This document shows positions 34,963-58,439 of a DNA stretch of 64,000 nucleotides, in pieces. Source of the DNA: Macrostomum lignano (taxonomy: Eukaryota). Below the pieces are notes generated by a model. The model did no database searches. It worked only from the letters and a program-made list of their open reading frames with translations, and was not told where the DNA came from. The number at the start of each line of letters is the position of its first letter. The first letter of the stretch is position 1. The stretch lies in NCBI GenBank assembly GCA_002269645.1, contig NIVC01000811.1, positions 62,001-126,000 on the forward strand. Direction: 5' to 3'. The position numbers and the translations under genes are program-made.

Positions 34963-36018
34963 TTAACGCAAAGCGGCCGGTAGCTCTGATCATCTGCAAA
35001 CATCGAACGTGGCGGAAAGTGATCGTTTTAACAAACGTTGGAACAAGTACTGTTTATTAGAAAATTACAGATACCTTTCGTACACTGTTAAGTTTTAGAT
35101 GTTATCTTTTTAATTTTACGGCAAAATTAAAAACAATTATTGTGAAGTATACCGTCCTATTTTTATTATCGCGATTGTGTATTATAACTTTGAACTTTAC
35201 TTTGTGCTTACATTTTATTATTGCACGTGAACTTAATGAAAACCAAGAGTCCAAGACACAAAGCAGCATAACACTTTTTGCTCTAAAAATATCTCGTCTG
35301 GCTAGCAATGCAGAAAGAAAAATATATAGAATGCATACTTGAAAAGCAAATTGTAAATTTACCTTGGCCATACGTAAAGTACATACTTTCATATATCATA
35401 GAATAATGGTGAACTACATAATATATCCATAGCTAATTTATGTAAGTTTTGTTAATCCTAGGCCCTAATAACTGGATTAATGGATTAGGAACACAATCTC
35501 TTTTGAAATCTTATTTTTCTTAGTAGTTACTATCAATAGTTACTTTGCTCTCAGATTTTTCACATTAAACAATTAATAAAAACAAAAAACCCATCATGAT
35601 ACAATTGCGATCGCTTTGCCATTTTTGCTATATCTTTTAGCCCCGAAAAATGTTTTATTTTTCAATAACAAAATTTATGCAAATATAAAAATTAGCAAAC
35701 TGTCACTGACTTAGATTTAAAATCTGATGGCTAGATTTGGTCCTACCATTAAAAAGGTATAATTATGTAAAATTTGGATAGTTAAAAAAATTTAATATAT
35801 GTATTGCATAGTGTCCCAAAATTACCATATTCTATTGACATTTAATTAAATATTAAAAATGTTATATTGAATAATAGAATGATAATCTTAAAAGCTGTTA
35901 AAAGCGAACTTCTTTTATTTTTTACAGAAACTTTTTAAAAATGAAAAATTTGATACCTTTCTAGAATACAAATCATGTCATTAGTCTCTTAAAATTTCAG
36001 TCCACATTTTTACTGATC

Positions 36019-46086
<10,068 letters not shown>

Positions 46087-46103
46087 AATTTGCTAGCGAG
46101 ATA

Positions 46104-47395
46104 ATGATAATAATGATAATTGATTACACCTGCCCTAATAGGCAGATGTGCAACCGACAGCCGCAGCTATTCCAAGGACTGGGGGGCCGCCACATACAGC
46201 CTTTGTTGACCTGTTACGGAAATCAAGAAATTTGTTTCAGGGTAACAAAGCATAGTGCCTGTGGCGCTAAAATGGTGCCTGTGGCGCTAAAATGGTGCCT
46301 GTGGCGCTAAAATGGTGCCTGTGGCGCTAAAATGGTGCCTGTGTCGCTAAAATGGTGCCTGTGGCGCTAAAATGGTGCCTGTGGCGCTAAAATGGTGCCT
46401 GTGGCGCTAAAATGGTGCCTGCGGCGCTAAAATGGTGCCTGTGGCGCTAAAATGGTGCCTGTGGCGCTAAAATGGTGCCTGTGGCGCTAAAATGGTGCCT
46501 GTGTCGCTAAAATGGTGCCTGCGGCGCTAAAATGGTGCCTGTGGCGCTAAAATGGTGCCTGTGGCGCTAAAATGGTGCCTGTGGCGCTAAAATGGTGCCT
46601 GCGGCGCTAAAATGGTGCCTGTGGCGCTAAAATGGTGACTGCGGCGCTAAAATGGTGCCTGTGGCGCTAAAATGGTGCCTGTGGCGCTAAAATGGTGCCT
46701 GTGGCGCTAAAATGGTGCCTGTGTCGCTAAAATGGTGCCTGTGGCGCTAAAATGGTGCCTGTGGCGCTAAAATGGTGCCTGTGGCGCTAAAATAGTGCCT
46801 GTGGCGCTAAAATGGTGCCTGTGGCACTAAAATGGTGCCTGTGGCGCTAAAATGGTGCCTGTGGCGCTAAAATGGTGCCTGTGGCGCTAAAATGGTGCCT
46901 GCGGCGCTAAAATGGTGCCTGTGGCGCTAAAATGGTGCCTGCGGCGCTAAAATGGTGCCTGTGGCGCTAAAATGGTGCCTGCGGCGCTAATATGGTGCCT
47001 GTGGCGCTAAAATGGTGCCTGTGGCGCTAAAATGAGTGCCTGCGGCGCTAAAATGGTGCCTGTGGCGCTAAAATGGTGCCTGTGGCGCTAAAATGGTGCC
47101 TGTGGCGCTAAAATGATCGCTTACAACACCGATTCTGAAAATAATGTACATGTAGGAATTCAGTCATGTACATGCACATGTACATTTATGGCTTTGTCCC
47201 CCCCCACCATAAAATCCATAGCGACGCCCCTGACCTCAGCTAATGCTGGCACCCATTTTACAGTTGGGTGAATTGAAGCAATAACGCAGAGTTAAATGTC
47301 TTGCTCAAAGACACAAATTTTTCCAGTGGTATCGGGATTCGAACCCCAACCTTTCAGTCGTGAATCCGATGCTCTTAACCACTAGGCTACAACCC
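46104..47395 (-). mobile_element. CORE-type tRNA SINE split by a ~1.04-kb insertion
   Basis: SINE 3' part at ~46104-46194 (ACACCTGCCCTAATAGGCAGATGTGCAACCGACAG) and 5' part at ~47233-47395 (CAGCTAATGCTGGCACCCATTTTACAG...GATTCGAACC...AACCACTAGGCTAC) match the intact copy at 61677. Confidence 0.8.
46255..47113. repeat. 20-bp minisatellite, ~43 copies
   Basis: Unit GTGGCGCTAAAATGGTGCCT. Confidence 0.97.
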
Positions 47396-49189
47396 CCCTC
47401 TGGAGCGAGGTCGGAAATTTTCCAGTTTTATATTCCTAATTTTAATTGTAGTTTAGTGAATGTTAAAAAATTTTTTTCAATTTCTGAGCCATGTCAATTT
47501 GGAAGCAAAAGGTTTGATTTTTTAAAAGTGCAATTTTTTTCAAATTTTTAGCGTAGCCTGTAAAGATTTCCTTTGTCTAGAATCTCGAGATTATTTCTAT
47601 CTTGCAGCATCGACATTTCGAGCCAAAGTGTACGAGTGAGCGTACGACCCTTTTAAGGTCTTCATTCAAAGTTTTTTTGTAAATTTTGGCTCATTGCATA
47701 TTAATTCTGTCATTTTACAATGCGTCCCCTAGGATGTTCAAAGTTTAACGAATTTGAGTACATATTCTGATCTAAGTATTGATTATTCGTTGGCTAAATT
47801 ATCCTTTTAGTGTATAACTATCAATTTCAAAAAATTAAGACTGCATTTTTCTTATTTCTTTTTGTTTTACAATTTATAACAAAAAGTGTACACACAGTAA
47901 ATTAAAATATCTAGTTTTATTTTTAATTTAGTATCAATCAGAATTATTATGTCATCAATCTAGTCATTTTTTTGCTTATGCTCCCTCCACAGTCGTCACC
48001 CTAGTTGAATTATTTTGTTAATCTGTTTTGATGGCAGATTAACAAGCAAAAGCTTTTTTCCGATTAGATTTTCACCACGGATATATCAATCATCATTGAT
48101 ACTATAATTATGAGTTTGACGCTTTTGTGATAAAGTTTTGTTCCGGCAAAGATTTTATTTTAATGCTTGTTTTAATTTTTTAGTTCTAAATCTTTGTCTT
48201 CTGTAGGCTGATTCCATGCACTTTTTTAGCACCTAAATATGCACGAAACATAGTAAATGTACATCCTTTGCACAGGGCGGCATGTAATTTTTACTTGTTT
48301 TGCGTAAAGTTTTGACAAATTCGTTTTCAAGATTAACGATAGAAACTTTGTTAATGAAACTTTTATTAATTTTGTTAATTTTATATTTTTAAACATCTTT
48401 TCAATCATGCTTTCTCTTTATTCTATAATTATTTGTTCTTTTCAAAAGCAAAAAAATCAACGATTCTTTTTATTTTGTTTGAGTTGCATTCCTACTCCAT
48501 ATCTCACTGCATAATAACAAATATAGCACTCCGTGGTCTCTTAGGAGCTACGATGCAATAGCTAGATAAAATCGTGCATTTTAAACCATGTAATTTTCTT
48601 CGTTTCTGCTTTAATATAGCAAATGTTTAAATTGAATTATTTTGCAATAAATTTTTATTTAGATAAATTAGCAATATAATTAAAAATTCGTCCTCTGCTA
48701 TAAGCGTTGCCGTTAAATAGAATTTGTTTTACTGTGCTCATTAGAAATACAATTAATCTTTTAAAAATAGGTTGTTTAACGCGTAAAACGTATTATAATT
48801 GCTGCTTGATTTAATTATTATAATATTTACTATTGACTTCTAGTTCATATATTGCTAATTTGCTTTGTTGTGATCTGCTGCATATATGCAAATATATTTA
48901 AATATTAAGCATTAGTAGCCGGTATATTGCCTCGCAAATTTATTTTGTTGTCATTAATTGGGTCGTAACTAAAAAAGTTACAAATTTAACAAATTCTGAG
49001 AGTAACTCGATTGTTTAATGAGTCACCTTTGGCAGTTGTGAGAGTCATTTGATTCAATGAGTCACATATGACCGATAAAAAGAGAGTCATACACATTGAT
49101 GAGGCACTCCAATGACCCTTACACTGAGAGTCATACCCATTGATAAGTCACTCCTATGACCCTTACACTGAGAGTCCTAAAAACATTAC

Positions 49190-49850
49190 CGAATCAGTCA
49201 GGTTCTCCGAATAGGCGTCAACCCATTGTGGTTGCCGCGGAACCATCTGGTGGAATCAGACTTTGTGTGCACTACAAGAAGTCAATCCTAAACCCTCAGC
49301 TGATGCAGAATTCGCATCCGACACCCAAAATTGAAGAGGTGTTTTTACAGTGGCGCGTTGTGGCAGTGATGAGCACGCCTTTCGGCAATTACATATATAA
49401 CCGACTATTACCGCCTCAGTAGCATACATACTCTTGGATCGCGAGAGAGATGTTCTTCAGAGGCTGGACAAGAAAAAGCTGAAGTTCAAGTTCAAGATGC
49501 GAGTGAAATTCCTGAGGTTCATGTTGGATGCCACCAACACGAACCTCCAACGCCACCAACAAGAGCATGCCACCATCTAAGAAGTCCGCTTTATCAAGAA
49601 TTTTGTGACATGACAGCGCCATTGGTTCGTCTGAAGCAGAAGGATGTGGCATTCTCGATGGAGACCAGTAGAGACAAGCGCATACCAGGAGAATGAAGAT
49701 ACAGCAATCAATTTATAGAGAACACCATATCATACGACCCCAAGCTGCCTTTTGAACTCTTTTGCCTTTTGAGCTAGATGCTTCACAAAATGTTCTTGGA
49801 GGTGTTCTATATCAAGAAGGCTTTGTTTTGTTCTCAAGCAAGGTCACTGT
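49190..49850 (+). mobile_element. Degenerate Ty3/Gypsy RT-RNase H remnant
   Basis: PIVVAAEPSGGIRLCVHYKK..LN...SHPTPKIEEVF; STPFGNYIYNRL; VLQRL; YDPKLP; LDASQNVLGGVLYQ. Many frameshifts. Confidence 0.82.
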
Positions 49851-50217
49851 CGCGAAATTTCAGCTTGCGCTAATAGAATTCACTTGCTCCCTTTTCATTT
49901 TCTTCCATTCCCTGTGTGCCTAGTCCATCTTCTATCTACCGTGCTCTATGTACTGTACACTCTTATCTTGTTTTCCGATTATCGATCGGTGAGTTTTCAG
50001 TCAGCCCCCCCCCTCGGTCTCGTTAGAGCTTTTTAGCCCTCGCCCTTCTTACCCATTTTCTTCTTATCTATTCTCTACCCCCCCCTCTCTCAACCACGCA
50101 AATAAATATACTGCTGGAGGAGCCTTTTCATCTTAACTTTGTTTTTCAAGTTGTTATTGTCAACGTATTCACTGGCCAGTGTTATTTCTTCAGTTATTTT
50201 TCTACAGTCACACACTG

Positions 50218-50632
50218 TAGCTGGCAGGACATATAATCCTGCTGCTGATTCTGCAGACACCCTGCACTATAGCTGGCAGGCCATATAATCCTGCTGCTGA
50301 TTCTGCAGACACCCTGCACTATAGCTGGCAGGCCATATAATCCTGCTGCTGATTCTGCAGACACCCTGCACTATAGCTGGCAGGCCATATAATCCTGCTG
50401 CTGATTCTGCAGACACCCTGCACTTATAGCTGGCAGGCCATATAATCCTGCTGCTGATTCTGCAGACACCCTGCACTAAAGCTGACAGGGCATATAATTC
50501 TGCTGCTGATTCTGCAGACACCCTGCACTAAAGCTGGCAGGGCATATAATTCTGCTGCTGATTCTGCAGACACCCTGCACTAAAGCTGGCAGGGCATATA
50601 ATTCTGCTGCTGATTCTGCAGACACCCTGCAC
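50218..50632. repeat. 52-bp tandem repeat, 8 copies
   Basis: Unit TAGCTGGCAGGCCATATAATCCTGCTGCTGATTCTGCAGACACCCTGCACTA. Confidence 0.95.
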
Positions 50633-50849
50633 TCGGCTTTTCGTCGACTGCCTACAGGCTGATGCCGGCGCCCTGGACACTGCCGGCAATGAGGCCTACG
50701 TTCGCGCCCAGGCCCTGAACCGCTCCCTCTGACATTGTCTTTGCCTCTCTTGACTCGCTTGACTGGCTGACAACGTATTTTGTTGTTGTTGTTGGGGAAA
50801 TCGCAGATGCTACAAGTCTCCATGTGGAAAATACGCTCGTAGCTCAGCC

Positions 50850-50970
50850 AGGAGACCCTCAAATCGCATTCTTCTGTTCTATCGATCGTCTAGCGACGAC
50901 AGGGTGGGAGAGTCTCCGGCAGAACTCATCATATTCGATCGGAAGTTGCCAGTTCCATTCCGAGTTCCAC
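50850..50970 (+). mobile_element. Gypsy integrase C-terminal remnant
   Basis: LATTG / GESPAELIIFDRKL resembles the TTGxSPAELLFGRKL integrase motif. Confidence 0.55.
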
Positions 50971-51577
50971 AGCACAACCAGACAGGTGAGCATGCAGGAC
51001 GAGGTCAATACATGTATCTCAATAACTCGCACGATTATTATTGCCGCCATTTCGGCGGGAGAAGCCGGAACGCGAGCAAGCTACGGACCAGGGACCCCTG
51101 CAAGTCGATCAGGACCAATCACAGTAAACAGTACATTCATAATTCATAACACAGTTATTCAGACTATGAATATAAATGACAATAAGCGATAAATAATAAT
51201 TTAGTATTTTCCTTTAATTTACCCGTATATGCCCGATTAAAGCAGTCTGAGCGATATTGGATCAATTTGATATTATTATTTGGAGGCAAGTTCGTCAGCC
51301 TTAATTAACCGCTTTTGTGTGCGAACTTCGGTTGTGGTCAATAAAAGTCATTCGGTGCAGTCTACCGATGGCTGCATTCTACAGATCTGCGGAGATCCGA
51401 CCCGACCCATTCATAGAAACACGATCGACTCGGGCTTATGGGATGTAGGAAAGTGAGTTTTCTGCTTCATTAACCTCGACGCTGATTGCAGGCTTGGCTG
51501 GGCCGATTGAGCGGCTGGGTGGGACTGGGGGGCATTGTATGGGTGGCCGGCTGCAGTGGACAGCTGAGCCTGTGCAG

Positions 51578-51611
51578 ACAGACAGACAGACAGACAGACA
51601 GACAGGCAGGC

Positions 51612-51677
<66 letters not shown>

Positions 51678-51690
51678 ACAGACAGGCAGA
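51578..51690. repeat. (CAGA/CAGG)n microsatellite
   Basis: Direct read. Confidence 0.95.
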
Positions 51691-52339
51691 CCTAACCAAG
51701 CAGGCACTCTGTGACCGGTATGTTATTAAAATTTAGCTACTTCCAAGTGCAACAAGAGATCCGGGAATCTCATCAGCCTGCAGTTCCTGAAATAGAACCG
51801 CGAGAGTGATGATGACGCCAGTGATGCTGATGAAAACTGCAGTCGGTGTTGCAATTTCATAACTAAGCTGCTAAAAATATGCAATTTGTGCGGGTAGGCA
51901 ACAAGCATTGTTGCTTTTCATGTCTAGTTCGTGTTCCACCCTCGACCCTACTCGTCTTGTCGAGAGAGCACGTTCAAACGCAACCTGAATAAAAAACGGG
52001 CGCTCCTCACTACTTTTCTGTGCTAAGCAAAAACTGTAACTGTCTACTTTGTATCTTTGGTAATGCTTACTTCACAGCTCCATCAATCAATACGCGAAAG
52101 AAGATTAGTTCCAACTGTTGTGCAGTAGTTTTTTGTTGCCAAGTTTTGCAAAACTTTTGCTTGTTGATTGCCACAAAACAGAGGAAGAGGAAAAGCCAGG
52201 TATTTCTGATACAATCGCTGAGCGCGACTAACAGAAGGTCTAAACGATACGTATTGACCTTTTCTGGAGTTTTCAGATTAATAATAACAAATTATTTGCG
52301 AATTTAATGCAAGGCTAGCTGTTGAGAATTTGAGTGCCG

Positions 52340-52675
52340 AGTGAGGTGGTGTTCCAATTAGGGAGGTGGATGTTCTAAGGAGTGAGGTGGATGGTGGATG
52401 TTCTATGGAGTGAGGTGGATGGTTGATGTTCTATGGAGTGAGGTGGATGGTTGATGTTCTATGGAGTGAGGTGGATGGTGGATGTTCTATGGAGTGAGGT
52501 GGATGGTTGATGTTCTATGGAGTGAGGTGGATGGTGGATGTTCTATGGAGTGAGGTGGATGGTGGATGTTCTATGGAGTGAGGTGGATGGTGGATGTTCT
52601 ATGGAATGAGGTGGATGGTGGATGTTCTATGGAGTGAGGTGGGTGAGAGGAAGTGAGGTGGGTGAGAGGCAGTGA
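52340..52675. repeat. 28-bp tandem repeat
   Basis: Unit GAGTGAGGTGGATGG(T/TT)GGATGTTCTATG. Confidence 0.92.
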
Positions 52676-52833
52676 AGATATTTGATAAAAATTTTGGTAA
52701 TCCAAGAAAGCCTTTTTTACAACTTTGCGCACCGGAGATTTTAATAAAAATCAGATCAAAGCCAAGCGGCAGGTTCACAAAGGCATGCTGCCGGTCCTTA
52801 TAATAATTCCCACTGCATCCATGACAGGAAATA

Positions 52834-54148
52834 CCCGATGAAAACGTGACTGTGGCCTAGAATCGTAAATGAAGCGTTTGCGTCGTACTTGAATCGCTTT
52901 TGAAGCGTTTTGGAGTTGCACTGGGGGACTGGAGGGAAAGTAATTCTGTGTGATTCAAAACCGACGAGATGTCACGGTACACGTCGTAAAAGACGCGTGT
53001 TTGAAGCGTTTCTGAATCACTTTGAAGCGTTTTGTGGAAATGCGTCAAAAACGATTCAGGTGACGCGTTTTAGCGGCGTTTCTGAATCGCTTTTGACTCA
53101 CACTTGAATCGTTTGATTACGGCTATTGCTGAAGCGTATCTGACGCGTTGTTAATAAATAAAAACTGCCACAATAATATTATCGAAAGCTAGCATTAATT
53201 TTTGATCTTCTTTTATACTGCAAAGGTGTTTTTGTAATAAACAAATAATATTATTAGGCTTTGCAATATAATCTTCACGCCTTGGCAACAAAAGGTATGA
53301 TATTTTCATTCAAACACATTGCGAGAAGAATCTACTGACCCATTTATTCGCTTATACAAATAAACAAAAATTTTCACATGTTTAATGCTTCTAAGGCAAG
53401 AAGTCTTTACACCTTTATTTAAAATGCATTAAATACAAAATTTTTAAAGTTGATTTGACAATTCTATAAAGATTTTTGTACTTTTAAGGTGAGACTTTTT
53501 TAATTTAAACTTTTTTATCGCAATTCTTCTAAGTTAAAGAATTGTTTCAAAATCTCTCAAAAGTCTACATTCTGCCATGAAAAATAAATGTTTTTTACTT
53601 ATTAAACAGGAAACAGCGTAAAAAACATGTTTAAATGTCAAAACCAAACCACCATTTTCTTCAGCTCGTATTTTAGTTGCGGGAGTTGCGAGTTTATTAC
53701 GTAAAAATTACGTGAAATTGTCAAGCGGGATAAGTAAAGAAACATTGCACCCAGTTTCACGGGTCTAATGGCAATATACTCCATCGCAACATTGTCGCCT
53801 CTCCATACTGCTCTAAAATACAAATAGTTGGCGGTTCTGAAGACACTAAAATACTATGCAGCAGCAGCACATGTATTATACTTTCATTCTAACACGCTGC
53901 AGAAACTTGCAAAAAAATTGAAACGCATCAGATACGCTTCAAAAACGATTCAGAAACGATTCTAGCAATCAGAAAAGCTTGTGCGACTCACTCACCCACT
54001 CCAGAAGAGTTTTAAAATCACAAGAATCGTTTCTGAATCACTTGAAGCGCATTTGAATCACTTGAAGCGTATTTGAATCACTTGACGCGTATTTGAATCA
54101 CTAAAACGATTCTAATACGATTCTTGTCACGGTAACGTTTTCATCGGA
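52834..54148. mobile_element. 1.3-kb non-autonomous TIR DNA transposon flanked by TA
   Basis: Left CCCGATGAAAACGTGACTGTGGCCTAGAATCGT, right (rc) TCCGATGAAAACGTTACCGTGACAAGAATCGT. TA on both sides. Many subterminal GAATC(A/G)CTT / GAAGCGT motifs in inverted orientation at the two ends. Confidence 0.8.
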
Positions 54149-54429
54149 TAGCCATTCTGGCCCAATATAAACACACCCCGATGCTTTTATTGGGAGAAAA
54201 AAGAGAGAGAGCTAATTGAGCAGACTGTCGGATTTAATAAAGCCTTTGTTAAGTAGGCCGCATCAAAATTTGGGAATATGAGCAACTTTATAGAGTAATA
54301 TAGTCGCATACAGACTGAGAACTATGGGTGCTCAGTAGACTTATGGTCTCAGAATGGATTAAATATAATTCTGAGGCTTGGGTTCACCGAAATAAACCCT
54401 CGGAAAATTTGAAGATTACGAACGTGTTG

Positions 54430-55960
54430 TGTCCCATCTAAATATCCCATCTAAATAGCCTATCTAAATATCCCATCTAAATATCCTACCTAAATAGCCC
54501 ATCTAAATATCCCATCTAGATATCCCATCTAAATATCCCATCTAAATATCCCATCTAGATATCCCATCTAAATATCCCACCTAAATATCCCATCTAAATA
54601 TCCCATCTAAATATCCCATCTAAATATCCCGTCTAAATATCCCATCTAAATATTCCATCTAGATATCCCATTGATGTATCCCGTCTAAATATCCCATCCA
54701 TATCCCATCAAAATATCCCATCTAAATATCCCATCTAAATATCCTATCTAAATATCCCATCTAAATATCCCACCTAAATATCCCATCTAAATATCCCACC
54801 TAAATATCCCATCTAGATATCCCATCTAAATATCCCATCTAAATATCCCATCTAAATATCCCATCTAAATATCGTATCTAAGTATCCCACCTAAATATCC
54901 CATCTAAATATCCCATCTAAATATCGTATCTAAATATCCCACCTAAATATCCCATTTAAATATCCCATCTAAATATCCCATCTAAATATCCCATCTAAAT
55001 ATCCCACCTAAATATCCCATCTAAATATCCCATCTAAATATCCCATCTAAATATCGTATCTAAATATCCCACCTAAATATCCCATTTAAATATCCCATCT
55101 AAATATCCCACCTAAATATCCCATCTAAATATCCCATCTAAATATCCCATCTAAATATCGTATCTAAATATCCCACCTAAATATCCCATTTAAATATCCC
55201 ATCTAGATATCCCATCTAAATATCCCATCTAAATATCCCACCTAAATATCCCATCTAAATATCCCACCTAAATATCCCATCTAGATATCCCATCTAAATA
55301 TCCCATCTAAATATCCCATCTAAATATCCCATCTAAATATCGTATCTAAGTATCCCACCTAAATATCCCATCTAAATATCCCATCTAAATATCGTATCTA
55401 AATATCCCACCTAAATATCCCATTTAAATATCCCATCTAAATATCCCATCTAAATATCCCATCTAAATATCCCACCTAAATATCCCATCTAAATATCCCA
55501 TCTAAATATCCCATCTAAATATCGTATCTAAATATCCCACCTAAATATCCCATTTAAATATCCCATCTAAATATCCCACCTAAATATCCCATCTAAATAT
55601 CCCATCTAAATATCCCATCTAAATATCGTATCTAAATATCCCACCTAAATATCCCATTTAAATATCCCATCTAGATATCCCATCTAAATATCCCATCTAA
55701 ATATCCCACCTAAATATCCCATCTAAATATCCCACCTAAATATCCCATCTAAATATCCCATTTAAATATCCCATCTAAATATCCCATCTAAATATCCCAT
55801 CTAGATATCCCATCTAAATATCCCATCTAAATATCCCATCTAAATATCCCATCTAAATATCCCATCTAAATATCCCATCTAAATATCCCATCTAGATATC
55901 CCATCTAGATATCCCATCTAAATATCGTATCTAAATATCCCAACTAAATATGCCATCCAT
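54430..55960. repeat. 13-bp minisatellite, ~1.5 kb
   Basis: Unit CCCATCTAAATAT. The rare AGTATCCC variant at ~54881 and ~55349 implies a 468-bp (36-unit) higher-order duplication. Confidence 0.96.
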
Positions 55961-56589
55961 ATCTCATAGAAATATCCCATTCATATATCAACAGTCTCTC
56001 ATTTCCCCAACAGATCCCATTATTAACTTCATCTAGTTTATTCTTGGCAAAGCTCACGCCCAGCCTCTTCTAGAAGAAGAAACACAGCTGCCGATAGCCG
56101 AGCACAATCAACACAAGATACGATAGGATACTCGTATAATGTGGATAAGTGATGATGATGATAATTCCTAAATCGTGATGTTTCCCTTTGGCTGGACATT
56201 GATGCTGATACGGAGAATGGCGGGCGGCTGTAAATATTTTCTGACATTGGCAGCTAAAAGCTTGAATTAATTTTGCAATTCCATATTTTCATTTCTTCTG
56301 ACTGGGAGAGACAGGCAGCAGAAGCAGAAAGGCAGCCAAGTACAAGTGCACTATTTATTATTATTCCCTAGCAGTGAATAACAATGGAACTCATAACTCC
56401 GTTATACTGACAATTAATTATTGAATAAGTAGGTGAAATTCATAGACTTACTGGCTTTACGTGGCTTAGACTTGGGTGCATTGTTGACTCAGGTGACAGC
56501 CTAGGAGCCTTGCTCTAATTATTTTTTTTCAGGTAAGGCCGTGTGCTTGGCAATCAGAAATTGGAGAACAACTGACAGATTGTAGGGCC

Positions 56590-57685
56590 CCAGCCCTGCA
56601 CAGTGCAGTTGAGGGACTGTCCCAGCCCTGCATAGTGAAGTTGACAGACTGTCCCAGCCCTGCATAGTGCAGTTGACAGACTGTCCCAGCCCTGCATAGT
56701 GCAGTTAAGGGACTCTCCCAGCTCTGCATAGTGCAGTTAAGGGACTGTCCCAGCCCTGCATAGTGCAGTTAAGGGACTGTCCCAGCCCTGCATAGTGCAG
56801 TTAAGGGACTGTCCCAGCTCTGCATAGTGCAGTTAAGGGACTGTCCCAGCCCTGCATAGTGCAGTTAAGGGACTGTCCCAGCCCTGCATAGTGCAGTTAA
56901 GGGACTGTCCCAGCCCTGCACAGTGCAGTTAAGGGACTGTCCCAGCCCTGCATAGTGCAGTTAAGGGACTGTCCCAGCCCTGCATAGTGCAGTTGACAGA
57001 CTGTCCCAGCCCTGCATAGTGCAGTTAAGGGACTGTCCCAGCCCTGCATAGTGCAGTTAAGGGACTGTCCCAGCCCTGCACAGTGCAGTTAAGGGACTGT
57101 CCCAGCCCTGCATAGTGCAGTTAAGGGACTGTCCCAGCCCTGCATAGTGCAGTTAAGGGACTGTCCCAGCCCTGCATAGTGCAGTTGACAGACTGTCCCA
57201 GCCCTGCATAGTGCAGTTGACAGACTGTCCCAGCCCTGCACAGTGCAGTTAAGGGACTGTCCCAGCCCTGCATAGTGCAGTTGACAGACTGTCCCAGCCC
57301 TGCACAGTGCAGTTAAGGGACTGTCCCAGCCCTGCATAGTGCAGTTGACAGACTGTCCCAGCCCTGCATAGTGCAGTTGACAGACTGTCCCAGCCCTGCA
57401 TAGTGCAGTTAAGGGACTGTCCCAGCCCTGCATAGTGCAGTTAAGGGACTGTCCCAGCCCTGCACAGTGCAGTTAAGGGACTGTCCCAGCCCTGCATAGT
57501 GCAGTTAAGGGACTGTCCCAGCCCTGCACAGTGCAGTTGACAGACTGTCCCAGCCATGCACAGTGCAGTTGACAGACTGTCCCAGCCCTGCACTGTGCAG
57601 TTGACAGACTGTCCCAGCCCTGCACAGTGCAGTTGACAGACTGTCCCAGCCCTGCACAGTGCAGTTGACAGACTGTCCCAGCTTT
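56590..57685. repeat. 32-bp minisatellite with two internal palindromes, ~34 copies
   Basis: Unit CAGCCCTGCA(T/C)AGTGCAGTT(AAGG/GACA)GACTGTCC. Confidence 0.96.
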
Positions 57686-57687
57686 AC

Positions 57688-57910
57688 AAAGCGCGGCGCA
57701 TCTGAAGGCTGCGTACGGCTGTTCAGTCCAAGGACTGGGGGGTCGCCACACACACCAATTACCCCAGCTAATGCTGGCACCCATTTTACAGTTGGGTGAG
57801 CTGGAGCAATGCAGAGTTATGTGTCTTGCTCAAGGACACAAAATGTTTCGGATGGGTCGAGATTCGAACCCCCGACCGTCCGACGCTCTAACCACTAGGA
57901 CACAAGCCCT
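57688..57910 (-). mobile_element. CORE-type tRNA SINE, 3'-truncated copy
   Basis: Reverse complement matches the 61677 copy: GCGCGGCGCATCTGAAGGCTGCGTACGGCTGTTCAGT...CAGCTAATGCTGGCACCCATTTTACAG...GATTCGAACC. Confidence 0.85.
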
Positions 57911-58439
57911 TCAGCCCTACAAAAAGCAGGTGAAGGAGGCATGCAGACGATTTTCATTTTGAGAAAAAACCGGACAATAATCTGCAGCGACTACCCATGC
58001 ACCAGCTGTAGGTGCTGTCATTTCCTTCATAAATAATTCGCACAGGCCAGAGTACTTTTGATGCAGTCAGCAAAATTAATATTTCCCAACTGAGAACCGG
58101 TTTCGTACACTCGCTCCTACTTGAGACTCGAGAGCTGTAGCAATCAGTACCTCACTGAAACACACTCTATTTAATAGAAATTTGTCATATTTGGTGAGAT
58201 TTTTAGAGAAAAAAATGTGTCGAGGGCCTCCCACATTTTCTAGAGACTCCTCCCTACATTCGGTTGAGAAATTTTCATTTTAGTTTATTAGAATTTCATC
58301 GACATAAAAGCAGCTGAAGGCAATGATTATTTTGACTGATTTTATATAAGTGATACCTTTTTGTAGTATGGGAGAGTGTGAATGGCATGGCTGAGGTATT
58401 GCTAATCACTGGAGTTGTTGGGGATATGAGTGTCTATGG

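Noticed and set aside
56590-57685. Palindromic 32-bp direct repeats as a CRISPR array (also the 52-bp repeats at 50218 and 15426)
   Set aside because: Head-to-tail with no unique spacers, no cas genes, and a eukaryotic context.
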